From positions 3,814 through 67,813 of the forward strand of contig JAFAFP010000158.1 in NCBI GenBank assembly GCA_023423415.1: 64,000 nucleotides of DNA, read 5' to 3'. The notes beneath the pieces were generated by a model. It was not told where the DNA came from, made no database searches, and saw nothing but the letters and a program-made list of their open reading frames with translations. Source of the DNA: Pseudomonadota bacterium (GTDB lineage: Bacteria; Pseudomonadota; Alphaproteobacteria; Rhizobiales; Xanthobacteraceae). Below, piece after piece: positions 53,060-61,580 of the stretch. The stretch's first letter is position 1. Each line of letters begins with the position of its first letter. The position numbers were made by a program, and so were the translations under genes.

Positions 53060-54100
53060 TCAATAGGCCGACTTGCGTGCCGCGACGGTCTTCTTCAGGT
53101 CATCGAAAATGGCCTTGGGGTCGCCGCCGGCCTTCTTCACATCGGCTTCCCAGTTCGCAACGATCGGTTCGGCCGACTTGCGCCATGCGGCGACCTGGTC
53201 TGGCGTCAGGGGATAGATGTCCTGGCCCGGCATGGCCTTCAGTTTCTCCTTGCCGCCGGCTTCGAAATCCGCCCACGGAGTCGCAATCTTCAGCGCAGCA
53301 TCGCTGGAGCAATGGTCATCCATCACCTTCTTCTGTGCAGGCGACATTGAGTCATACTTTGCCTTGTTGAGCACCCACACCTGCTGCGAAACGTAGATGG
53401 GTGCGTCGATGTGGAAATTCGTCACCTTGTCGATGCCGAACAATCCGATCGAGCCCCAGGGCGAGCCAGCCCCGTCGGCGACGCCTTTTTCGAGAACATC
53501 GCGGATTTCGGGCGCGGAAGCCTGCACGTTGGTGGCGCCGAGCGTGCGCATCCAGTTGGCGATCGTTGCATTCGGCGGACGGAATTTGACGCCGTTCATG
53601 TCGCTCGGATTGACGACCTTCTTTCTGGTGAAGTGGAAGGTGCCGGGATCGTGTGCGAACATCAGACAGAACCGGACGTCTTTCATCTCCTTGTCGGCAT
53701 AGCGGCGATACCATTCATCCATCGCTGCGCTGCCCTGCTTGGCGTTGTTGAAGATGAACGGAATCTCGACCGCCGCTACGATCGGGAAGCGGCCGGGTTC
53801 GTAACCCGGATTGACGTGCGAGATATCGACGATGGCGTCGCGCGCCATGTTGTAATGGTCGAAGGCCTTGCCGAGCTGCTGCGCCGGGAAAATCGAGATC
53901 TTGATCGTGCCGTTCGACGCCTTGTTGATCGATTCAGCCCAGGCTACGGCGGCGGCGTGCATCGGATGTGCCGTCGGCACCCAATGCGAGAAGCGCATTT
54001 CCACCGGCTTGTCTTGCGCGGTTGCTGGCGCTGCGTGAAGTCCCAATAGTCCAAGTCCGGTAGCGAGGGCACCCGTCAGGCGTAACCAAGGTAACTTCAT
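53060..54100 (-). CDS. TRAP transporter substrate-binding protein (DctP family)
   Basis: Signal peptide, FPAQQLG, PGRFP, GVKFR. Confidence 0.9.
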   Translation of the reverse strand: MKLPWLRLTGALATGLGLLGLHAAPATAQDKPVEMRFSHWVPTAHPMHAAAVAWAESINKASNGTIKISIFPAQQLGKAFDHYNMARDAIVDISHVNPGYEPGRFPIVAAVEIPFIFNNAKQGSAAMDEWYRRYADKEMKDVRFCLMFAHDPGTFHFTRKKVVNPSDMNGVKFRPPNATIANWMRTLGATNVQASAPEIRDVLEKGVADGAGSPWGSIGLFGIDKVTNFHIDAPIYVSQQVWVLNKAKYDSMSPAQKKVMDDHCSSDAALKIATPWADFEAGGKEKLKAMPGQDIYPLTPDQVAAWRKSAEPIVANWEADVKKAGGDPKAIFDDLKKTVAARKSAY

Positions 54101-54160
54101 TGCATCCTCCCGAAGTAGCTTCTCGTTGACGCATTTTGGAACCTTAGATGGCGTAGAATC

Positions 54161-54907
54161 TTAGACTGCAACTTTGGTCTTGAACGTAATCAGTGAACTG
54201 CCCGGAACGAGATCGCGCGTCTGCTGATTGCGCAGGGCGAGTTCGAGGTTGCGTCGCGCGAGCCGGGCGTGCTCGCGCATGATGAATTCGGCGCGCTCAC
54301 CTTCGCCATCCTCGATGGCGCGGGCGATGCAGCGGTGATGATCCTGGGCCACGGTGAACAACACGCGCGCCTCCGGCAGGCTGGCCTGCACGGTCACGAA
54401 GGCGCTGGCCGATGCAAAGGGCAGGGCGACCGCACGCGCGATCTGTCGTGACAGGATAGCGCTATCGGCGAGGTCAATGACCAGTTGATGGAAACGGCCG
54501 TTGAGTTCGACATAGCTTGAGAAATTTTCGGGCGTGACGCCCGCTCCGAGCACAAGCTCATCCAGTTCGGCGAGGCATTGTCTCAGGCTTGAAAGATCAT
54601 CGTGCGTCAATCCGCGCTCGGCTGCGAGCCGAGCCGCAAGACCTTCGAGCGTGCCGCGCACTTCGATCGCCGCATGGATGTCGCGTTCAGTGAAGGCGCT
54701 GACAGCATAGCCGCCGGTTGCGATCGGATGCGCGAGCCCTTCCTGTTCCAGCCGCATCATGGCGGTGCGGATCGGCGTGCGTGAGACGCCAAGCCGTTCG
54801 ACCAGTGCAAGCTCCGACAACCGCTCGCCCGCCTTCAGCTCGCCGCCGAGGATCAACTCGCGCAGGGTCAAAAGCGCGGTCAGATTCTGCGACGATGGAG
54901 CGTCCAT
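54161..54907 (-). CDS. GntR/FCD regulator, VanR-like
   Basis: GERLSELALVERLGVSRTPIR; FCD NGRFH...LPFASASAF...HH...MREH. Confidence 0.88.
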   Translation of the reverse strand: MDAPSSQNLTALLTLRELILGGELKAGERLSELALVERLGVSRTPIRTAMMRLEQEGLAHPIATGGYAVSAFTERDIHAAIEVRGTLEGLAARLAAERGLTHDDLSSLRQCLAELDELVLGAGVTPENFSSYVELNGRFHQLVIDLADSAILSRQIARAVALPFASASAFVTVQASLPEARVLFTVAQDHHRCIARAIEDGEGERAEFIMREHARLARRNLELALRNQQTRDLVPGSSLITFKTKVAV

Positions 54908-54951
54908 CTGATCGCGCAACGATGCCTCCCGGATTTTGTTTTCCGGTAGGC

Positions 54952-54959
54952 TGTATACA
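54952..54959. promoter_or_regulatory. TGTATACA palindrome, candidate GntR/FadR-type operator
   Basis: Perfect 8-bp palindrome about 45 bp upstream of the GntR start. Confidence 0.35.
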
Positions 54960-55051
54960 ATTTTCGTCCGAGTCAACTCAGAGGAAGCTGAAAGTAAAAG
55001 GATCCGACGCGTGGGCGTCAGATCCTGTATTCATCGGTGGGCTGCCGCCCG

Positions 55052-55531
55052 TCACATCGACTTTTTGATGTACTCGACAAGCTGATTGAGCACGGTGCCC
55101 CAGCCGTCGTGGAAGCCCATCTCCTCGTGCTGCTTGCGGCCTTCCGCATCGCGATGAATCGCCGTTGCGACATATCGGGTGCCGGTGCCGCTCGGCTCCA
55201 GATCGAGAACGGCCGAGAAAAACGGCTTTTCCGAAGGGCGGTAGCCGGGCAGGAGCGCATCGGTCCAGACCAGTCGCTCGTTCGGGACAATGTCGAGAAA
55301 GCAGAAGGTGTTCGGGAATTCCTGTCCCTCGGGAGAGCGCATCACCGCTCGAAATATGCCGCCGCGCCGCAAATCGATTTCACATTCGGTAATGGTCCAG
55401 GGCTTGGGTACGAACCAGTGGCGGACATGTTCGGGTGTGGTCCATGCCTTCCATACGAGTTCGCGCGGTACATCGACGATCCGCTCCAATACGAGGTCAA
55501 GCTTGGGATCGGGCTTAATCACAGTACTCAT
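55052..55531 (-). CDS. SRPBCC/AHSA1 domain protein
   Basis: [30 protein letters not shown]. Confidence 0.9.
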   Translation of the reverse strand: MSTVIKPDPKLDLVLERIVDVPRELVWKAWTTPEHVRHWFVPKPWTITECEIDLRRGGIFRAVMRSPEGQEFPNTFCFLDIVPNERLVWTDALLPGYRPSEKPFFSAVLDLEPSGTGTRYVATAIHRDAEGRKQHEEMGFHDGWGTVLNQLVEYIKKSM

Positions 55532-55875
55532 GAACCTTGCTCCTTCAGTTTGATAAGATAGTCGTCGAGTTGATCGAGGCGGCGCTCCCACATTGAGCGC
55601 TGGCGTGACAGCCAGTCTTCAGCGAGTTTCAATCGCTTGGGCGCAAGCTGATAAGTCCGAATGCGCCCGGTCTTTTGCGAATGCACCAGCCCGCTGTCCT
55701 CAAGAATGCGGAGGTGCTGCACGAATGATGGCAGCGCCATCTCGAAGGGTTCCGCCAGTTCGCTGACCGAGGCGGGACTTTTGCTCAATCGTTCAAGCAC
55801 GTGACGGCGCGTTGGATCCGCGAGGGCGCGAAAGACGTTATCGACTGACGGGTTGGTGGCGAGTGCAGCCTGCAT
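55528..55875 (-). CDS. ArsR/SmtB family regulator
   Basis: [26 protein letters not shown] overlap with the SRPBCC gene. Confidence 0.92.
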   Translation of the reverse strand: MQAALATNPSVDNVFRALADPTRRHVLERLSKSPASVSELAEPFEMALPSFVQHLRILEDSGLVHSQKTGRIRTYQLAPKRLKLAEDWLSRQRSMWERRLDQLDDYLIKLKEQGS

Positions 55876-55935
55876 CGAGATACCCTGGAAATCGTCTTTC
55901 CCTTTCGAACGGCGTCATTGCTATCGATGAAAAAT

Positions 55936-55955
55936 ACTTAGGTCAACACCTAAGT
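55936..55955. promoter_or_regulatory. Perfect inverted repeat, likely ArsR operator
   Basis: acttaggt-caac-acctaagt upstream of the ArsR-SRPBCC operon. Confidence 0.65.
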
Positions 55956-56012
55956 TTTAGGAATCATGACTGCGTGATATAGGCCCCGGGCGAATACGTA
56001 GGGACCTGCCGC

Positions 56013-56363
56013 ATGCCGACGACGATCTACGGGATCAAGAACTGCGACACGATGAAGAAGGCGAGGGCCTGGCTCGACAAGGCCGGCGTCGATTACGGCT
56101 TTCACGATTACAAGGCGGAGGGCATCGACAAGGCGAAGCTTGAGCGCTGGAGTAAGGACGTCGGATGGGAAGTCCTGCTCAATCGTGCGGGGACGACATT
56201 TCGCAAATTGCCCGAGAAGGACAAGGAAGGTCTCACCGCCGCGAAAGCCATCAAGTTGATGATGGAGCAGCCGTCGATGATCAAGCGGCCGGTGCTGGAG
56301 CACGGCAAGGCGTTGCTCGTCGGCTTCAAGCCGGATGACTACAAGGCCGCGTTCAAAAAGTAG
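56013..56363 (+). CDS. ArsC/Spx-family reductase (YffB-like)
   Basis: IYGIKNCDTMKKA, PSMIKRP. Confidence 0.9.
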   Translation: MPTTIYGIKNCDTMKKARAWLDKAGVDYGFHDYKAEGIDKAKLERWSKDVGWEVLLNRAGTTFRKLPEKDKEGLTAAKAIKLMMEQPSMIKRPVLEHGKALLVGFKPDDYKAAFKK

Positions 56364-56374
56364 GGGCATGCATT

Positions 56375-56405
56375 TGCGCCCTCTCCCTCAAGGGAAGAGG
56401 GCGCA
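56375..56405. repeat. Solo CCCTCTCCC/GGGAAGAGGG hairpin related to the DUF559 element ends
   Basis: tgcgccctctccct-ca-agggaagagggcgca between convergent genes. Confidence 0.55.
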
Positions 56406-56420
56406 GTGATCGACGCTGGA

Positions 56421-57428
56421 CTACCGCGGCGGCGGCAACTGCTGACCCCACATGCGCCGCCAGATCCACGACACGCCCGCCCGCACGTTATGCTGCTCGC
56501 GAATGTGCACAGGGCGAACCGGCGCGATCGTCGGGCTCTGGCGCTGACCGACCACGAAGTTGAAGCTGTAATACGGTTCCTGTCCCATCCGCAGATCGGT
56601 GATGATGACACGGCCGTGACGCTCGCTCATCTTGAAGAAGCCGTGCGTGAACCAGGCGATGCGATCGACGGAGCGGCTGCCTTTTGTCGCGTCGTAGAGC
56701 GCGGTCCCTCGCGGAAACTGGTCGAAGGTCATCGTATCGCCGCGGTCGAGCACCGACCGGAAACCCTCGAGATAACCGTCGGGAGTGACCGCCACCACGC
56801 GCCACAGCACCGTGTTGAACGCTGTCGGCGTCACCAGCAATCGTTCGACCTTGCGTCCGTCCGCACGCAGCGATGCCTCGGCAGCGCCGGTAATGTAGGC
56901 CTGCGCCGCGACGCTCCAGAACAGATACAGCGTGCTCACGGCCAGTCCGCCAACCGCCCAGCGCCAGCCGGTGTTGTTGCGCCAGATCAGCGCGACGATG
57001 ATCCCGATCAGTAGCGGCAGCGTGTAAAGCGGATCGATGATGAACATCGAGCCGATGGCATAGGGAAAATCCGTGAAGGGCCGCAACAACTGCGTGCCAT
57101 AGACCGTGAACCAGTCGAGCAGCGGATGAGTGAACAGCGCGAGCCACACCGCCAGCCACCATCGCTGGAAATTTCGCATCTCGCGAGTGACGAACGCGGC
57201 AGCGAACGCAACCAGCGGCGAAGCGAGCGTGAGCCAGACCAGCGCATGGCTGTTGGCCCGGTGCAGCGTCATGTTCGAGATCGGATCGCCGTGATTATAA
57301 AAAGCGTCGAGATCGGGCAGCGTCCCGGCGAGGCCGCCGATCAGCGCGGCCTTCCAGGGCGCCGTGCGTCGGCGCATGGCAACAATGCCGATGGCCGCTC
57401 CGAGGGCGAATTGAGACAGTGAATCCAT
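56421..57428 (-). CDS. Inner-membrane metal-dependent hydrolase (YdjM-like)
   Basis: MDSLSQ, LPDLD, HRANSH, THPLLD, FIIDP. Confidence 0.85.
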   Translation of the reverse strand: MDSLSQFALGAAIGIVAMRRRTAPWKAALIGGLAGTLPDLDAFYNHGDPISNMTLHRANSHALVWLTLASPLVAFAAAFVTREMRNFQRWWLAVWLALFTHPLLDWFTVYGTQLLRPFTDFPYAIGSMFIIDPLYTLPLLIGIIVALIWRNNTGWRWAVGGLAVSTLYLFWSVAAQAYITGAAEASLRADGRKVERLLVTPTAFNTVLWRVVAVTPDGYLEGFRSVLDRGDTMTFDQFPRGTALYDATKGSRSVDRIAWFTHGFFKMSERHGRVIITDLRMGQEPYYSFNFVVGQRQSPTIAPVRPVHIREQHNVRAGVSWIWRRMWGQQLPPPR

Positions 57429-57532
57429 TCACGCATTCAGAAAGTTGGACGAGATACTGGTATGTTTCGCCAGGTTCTTTGGCGTAATTGTTCGAATTGT
57501 CGTCGTCAAAGTGAAACTTCATTGACCGGCAT

Positions 57533-58330
57533 GTGGTATGCCCGGCCATGCTCGCACGCATGGTCGGCTTTATTTATGGTCGCAATCCATTTCTTGAGGC
57601 CGTGCCCTGGTTGATGCTGGCCTCGGCGCTGCGTTTCGTCGCCTTTGTGGGCGGGTTTGGGGCGCTGATTGTCCTCATTTTCGTCAATCTGGCCATCTTT
57701 CTGGCCTTCCTGCTGGCCGCGCGGCGGATGATTGAATGGACGGGTGGCAGCGTCCAATTCGGTCATTGGCCGCTTCGCGATCAGTTGCGTGTGGGCCAGC
57801 AGATTTTGAATCGGATGCTGCTGCTGTTGTTCGGTATGGCCGTTGCGGTGAGCCTCTTTGGCTTCGGATCGTTTGCGCCGCATCTGCTCAAGGGGTTCGA
57901 CGGCATCGCGTTCGACCAGTTCACCAATGCCGGCAGGTTCTGGAGTGCTTTCCTCGCAGCTCTTGTTTACCTGATGCTGATCGATGCCGAGCAGCACGGC
58001 AAGCCGTCGTTATTGCGGACGATGCGCACCCTGCTGCTGATGTGGCGATGGGCGCTGCCTGCAATCGTGCTCGTGGCCTTCGCGCATATTGCGCTAGCTG
58101 TCGTGCAAGGGCAGGCCCGTTATCTGCTCGGCGTGGTGTGGCTGGCGCCCGGCGCGCCCCAGACGGTGATGGGCGTTGTCTATTTCGTGTTTGTATTCGG
58201 CTTTGCCGCCATACGTCTGTGGGTCACGCTCGCGATCCTGACCATCGGGCTGCGTGAAGGATACAGGCGTATGCCCGCATGGTCAGCCAGACAGATTGCC
58301 GATCGAGGCACGGGTTCTCAACGGCGCTGA
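57533..58330 (+). CDS. Hypothetical integral membrane protein
   Basis: About 6 hydrophobic segments; no motif recognised. Confidence 0.65.
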   Translation: MVCPAMLARMVGFIYGRNPFLEAVPWLMLASALRFVAFVGGFGALIVLIFVNLAIFLAFLLAARRMIEWTGGSVQFGHWPLRDQLRVGQQILNRMLLLLFGMAVAVSLFGFGSFAPHLLKGFDGIAFDQFTNAGRFWSAFLAALVYLMLIDAEQHGKPSLLRTMRTLLLMWRWALPAIVLVAFAHIALAVVQGQARYLLGVVWLAPGAPQTVMGVVYFVFVFGFAAIRLWVTLAILTIGLREGYRRMPAWSARQIADRGTGSQRR

Positions 58331-58866
58331 AACAATTCGTATCGCACCGGATTGTCCGGGCACTCCGTTGGCCCGCAGATCGCAAAGGTCGAAACGACAT
58401 TTGCGGCCGTCACCGCAATCGTCAGCCAAACCGCAACGCTCGCTGCCGCTGTATTCGTCTGTGGCGTTTTATCGTTTTCGAATTGCTGTTCGAACAGAAG
58501 CAGCAACGTGAAGACAAGAAGCGCGACCACAAAGATAATGAAGGCCCACGTGTAATAGTGATAGCCGAATATCGCCGAGCCATAGCCTGGATCGCCCGGC
58601 ACGATATGCAGGAACATCTGCCGCATCGCCACGGCCGCGCCGGCCATCGCCGCCAGCATCGACATTGCATAATGCGCCGGGCTCGGTCCGTAACGGAGAT
58701 TGAGGATCGGGCCGATCGCCATCGCGCAGAAGAACACGCGCTGCAGCATGCAAAGCGGACAGGGCAGCTCTCCGAGCGCGAACTGCATCGCGAAAGCGAC
58801 GATCAGCACGCCGCTGATCGCATAGAGTGCGAGAATGTTCAGGACGTTGGCGGTACTGCGGTTCAT
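58318..58866 (-). CDS. DsbB/DsbI-family disulfide bond formation protein
   Basis: ELPCPLCMLQR; multiple TM; C-terminal CGPTECPDNP. Confidence 0.85.
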   Translation of the reverse strand: MNRSTANVLNILALYAISGVLIVAFAMQFALGELPCPLCMLQRVFFCAMAIGPILNLRYGPSPAHYAMSMLAAMAGAAVAMRQMFLHIVPGDPGYGSAIFGYHYYTWAFIIFVVALLVFTLLLLFEQQFENDKTPQTNTAAASVAVWLTIAVTAANVVSTFAICGPTECPDNPVRYELFQRR

Positions 58867-58872
58867 GTCGGC

Positions 58873-59031
58873 TCAGAATGAAAGCGTTAGCGGGTCGGTC
58901 ATGTGGTGCAGGAACAAGGCAAGGGTGATGACCAGTGCCACCGCGAACATCGCCAACGTCACGATGCGCGCCGCCAGCCAGGCAGAGAGCAGAACACAGG
59001 TCCAGATAACAAAAAGCAACGTAAAGAGCAT
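58873..59031 (-). CDS. Small two-TM membrane protein upstream of the DsbB-like gene
   Basis: 52 aa, hydrophobic, ends HHMTDPLTLSF; 6 nt from the DsbB-like start. Confidence 0.6.
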   Translation of the reverse strand: MLFTLLFVIWTCVLLSAWLAARIVTLAMFAVALVITLALFLHHMTDPLTLSF

Positions 59032-59126
59032 CGGATGGTCATCCAGCGGCAATCTTGCTCGTCCGCTCATAGCAACGGCATTGAGTCGGCGCGAGGCCGC
59101 ATGTGACGCAAGTCGGGTTCATTAGA

Positions 59127-59158
59127 AAAGAGGCCGTCCGGTGCCGGACGGCCTCTTT
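59127..59158 (-). terminator. Intrinsic terminator after the Ntn hydrolase gene
   Basis: aaagaggccgtccgg-tg-ccggacggcctcttt. Confidence 0.8.
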
Positions 59159-59178
59159 GCGTGCGACGCCGTCGCTCC

Positions 59179-60285
59179 TTACGGCGTGAGCGACTTTATC
59201 ACCTCATCGCCCTTGATCGAGATCTTGACGATGTCCTTGCCGTCCACATTCATCTTCATCAGGTCGAGCGAGCGGATCTGACTGTTCTCATAGGTGCGGA
59301 AGTGATAGCGCTTGGCCTTCAGGTCGCTGGCAGCGGTCCAGAGCGTGTAGTCGGCCTGGATATTGCCGTTTGCATCCTTCTGTCCGTCGCGCGCCGAACC
59401 CTTCGGAATATCGAACTGGTTCAGCACGTGAAACGCCTGAAGGACGGCTTCGTTACCTGTCTTTGACTTGAACACCGACTGGCTGAAAGCCACTGCGCGG
59501 ACGAAACGCGAGGGTGGCGTGAAATCTCCGGGCAAACCCAGCATGCCCGAGCCCTGGCCTGTCGGCACGAGCTTGATCGGTCCCAATTGGACAGGCGGCG
59601 TGTTGTCCATTGAGAAGTTGATGTAGTTCCGCAGATTGGTCATGTGCCAATCGAAGGCCGGCGAGTTGGTGATCACACCCAGCGGGTTGTCGTGAATGTT
59701 GAGCTTGCCGCCGACATATTCGATGACGATGCTCTTGCCCGACGCATCATGGACGATGAAATGCACTTCGGGAGCGAAGCCCCACCCGCCAAACACGACG
59801 GCGGGAACGACGACGTTGCCGATATTAGCCTTCACTTCGTCGATATTGGCGAAATTCTCGAGCAACCACGATCCCAGTTCCCACGGGGCCATCGTCTTGC
59901 TCGCATCGGCAGGGGTGTAAGGCATGTAGCCCGCCGAGGTCGGAAAGTAGAACAGCCCGACCGCAAGGCCTTGTTCATTCAGTCCGTCGAATAAAAACGG
60001 GACACCCGCGCCGTTCATGCCGACACTGGCGTATTTCGCCTTCCACTTCAGACCGTCCTTGCCGTCCGGAGTGGTTCCGGTTCGCGCATAGCCGCGCGGC
60101 ACCATGATGACATCGGACATGAGATCGATGCCGAATTCCAGCGTTCGCGCGTGAACGGCCGTGCCGTCCGTTGCCTTCAGAAAAATGCCGGTGCAGGCCT
60201 GTACGGATTGTGCCCCGCTCGCCATCAGCATCGCGCAGGTCGCGATGACTGAAACGGTTTTTTTCAAGGGACGATATCGTGCCAT
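59179..60285 (-). CDS. Choloylglycine hydrolase / penicillin V acylase family Ntn hydrolase, exported
   Basis: Signal peptide then catalytic Cys1 (VQA-CTG), DGLNEQGL, TNSP, LPGDFTPPSRFVRA. Confidence 0.9.
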   Translation of the reverse strand: MARYRPLKKTVSVIATCAMLMASGAQSVQACTGIFLKATDGTAVHARTLEFGIDLMSDVIMVPRGYARTGTTPDGKDGLKWKAKYASVGMNGAGVPFLFDGLNEQGLAVGLFYFPTSAGYMPYTPADASKTMAPWELGSWLLENFANIDEVKANIGNVVVPAVVFGGWGFAPEVHFIVHDASGKSIVIEYVGGKLNIHDNPLGVITNSPAFDWHMTNLRNYINFSMDNTPPVQLGPIKLVPTGQGSGMLGLPGDFTPPSRFVRAVAFSQSVFKSKTGNEAVLQAFHVLNQFDIPKGSARDGQKDANGNIQADYTLWTAASDLKAKRYHFRTYENSQIRSLDLMKMNVDGKDIVKISIKGDEVIKSLTP

Positions 60286-60435
60286 TCGCGTTGCGCCTTC
60301 CGGACTGCCGTGGGTCAAAGAAATACGGATGCGCCCCTTTCAGGTGCGCGTCCAATCGATTGCCTGTTGGCAGTACAGCGCGAGCATGAACCAATCGTGT
60401 AAAGGATCGGCTCCGGCTTTATTAAGATTGTCGCG

Positions 60436-60599
60436 AGTGTCCTGAATCCGAAGTTCGCATGATTTTGCCGCAACTCCGTTTGCGAACTTCGGATTCAAAG
60501 GACACTAGCAACGTATTGATTTCTAGTGTGGTTTGGATCGGAAATCCGCGTTGCGAGGGTGCGGCAACAATGAAGCGGGCTTTCGATCCACCACACTAG
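60436..60599. repeat. Composite repeat: two long hairpins ending in ACACTAG around an IHF consensus site
   Basis: Hairpin 1 60436-60508, spacer caacgtattgattt, hairpin 2 60523-60599. Confidence 0.7.
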
Positions 60600-60616
60600 C
60601 CGTGTGACGTCTTGCG

Positions 60617-61579
60617 TTAGTTAATCTTTACATCCCCGGCCTTGATGATCGGCGCCCAGCGCGTGATCTCGCTGTCGATGACTTTGCGGAATTGCGCAGG
60701 AGAGTTGCCGACCGGCTCCATGAATTGTGTCGCCAGCTTCTCCCGCGACGCCTTGGACGTGATCGCTTCCGCCACGTCCTTGTTGATAGCCTCAATGACG
60801 GCGGGCGCAGTGCCACCCGGTGCGATCAGGCCCATCCAGGTGTCAGCCTCAACGTCGATGCCGGTTTCCTTCAGGGTCCGGATATTCGGCAAGAAAGGGG
60901 AGCGCTTCGGCAGCGACACAGCGAGGATCTTCGCTTTGCCGGCGTCGGCCTGCGGCGTCACCGAGATGGCAGGCAAAGCCGCCATATGCACGTCGCCGCG
61001 AATGAGCGCCGTCATCGCCGCTGGTGAGGACGGGTAGGGGATATGCACCATCTTGGCGCCGCTCTTCTGCGCAATCGCTTCCATCGTCAGGTGCGACAGC
61101 GAGCCGTTGCCGATCGAGCCGTAATTGTATTTGCCCGGATTCTTCTTCAGCAGATCGATCAGTTCGGCCACCGTGTTCACACCGAGGTCGGGATGAACCG
61201 CGAGCGCACTCGGCATCGTGACAAGCTGGGTCACGGCCACGAGATCCTTGGCGGGATCGTAGGGGAGCTTCGAGAACAGCAGCGTATTGATCGCGAGCGG
61301 TCCGCCGATGCTGACGCCAAGCGTCGCACCGTCCGGTGAGGCTTTTGCAACGGCGTCGGTGCCGGTGTTGCCGCTGGCGCCCGGCTTGTTCTCGATCACG
61401 AACGCCGAGTTCGGATATTTCGCCTGCAACTGTTCGCCGACCAGACGCGCCACGATGTCGGGTGTCGAGCCGGGACCGAACGGCACCATGATGCGAACGG
61501 TCTTCGCCGGCCACTCCTGCGCCTGCGCCGGAACGATGGCCGCGATCATCGCTGCCAGAATGAATGCACGCCGTTTCAT
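60617..61579 (-). CDS. Tripartite tricarboxylate transporter substrate-binding protein (TctC/Bug)
   Basis: PFGPGSTPD, ENKPGASG, YGSIGNGS, HIPY. Confidence 0.92.
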   Translation of the reverse strand: MKRRAFILAAMIAAIVPAQAQEWPAKTVRIMVPFGPGSTPDIVARLVGEQLQAKYPNSAFVIENKPGASGNTGTDAVAKASPDGATLGVSIGGPLAINTLLFSKLPYDPAKDLVAVTQLVTMPSALAVHPDLGVNTVAELIDLLKKNPGKYNYGSIGNGSLSHLTMEAIAQKSGAKMVHIPYPSSPAAMTALIRGDVHMAALPAISVTPQADAGKAKILAVSLPKRSPFLPNIRTLKETGIDVEADTWMGLIAPGGTAPAVIEAINKDVAEAITSKASREKLATQFMEPVGNSPAQFRKVIDSEITRWAPIIKAGDVKIN

Positions 61580-61580
61580 G

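Noticed and set aside
55528..56363. ArsR plus ArsC-family gene as an arsenic resistance operon
   Set aside because: The ArsR has no Cys and is coupled to SRPBCC; the reductase is YffB-like; no arsB/acr3 is present.
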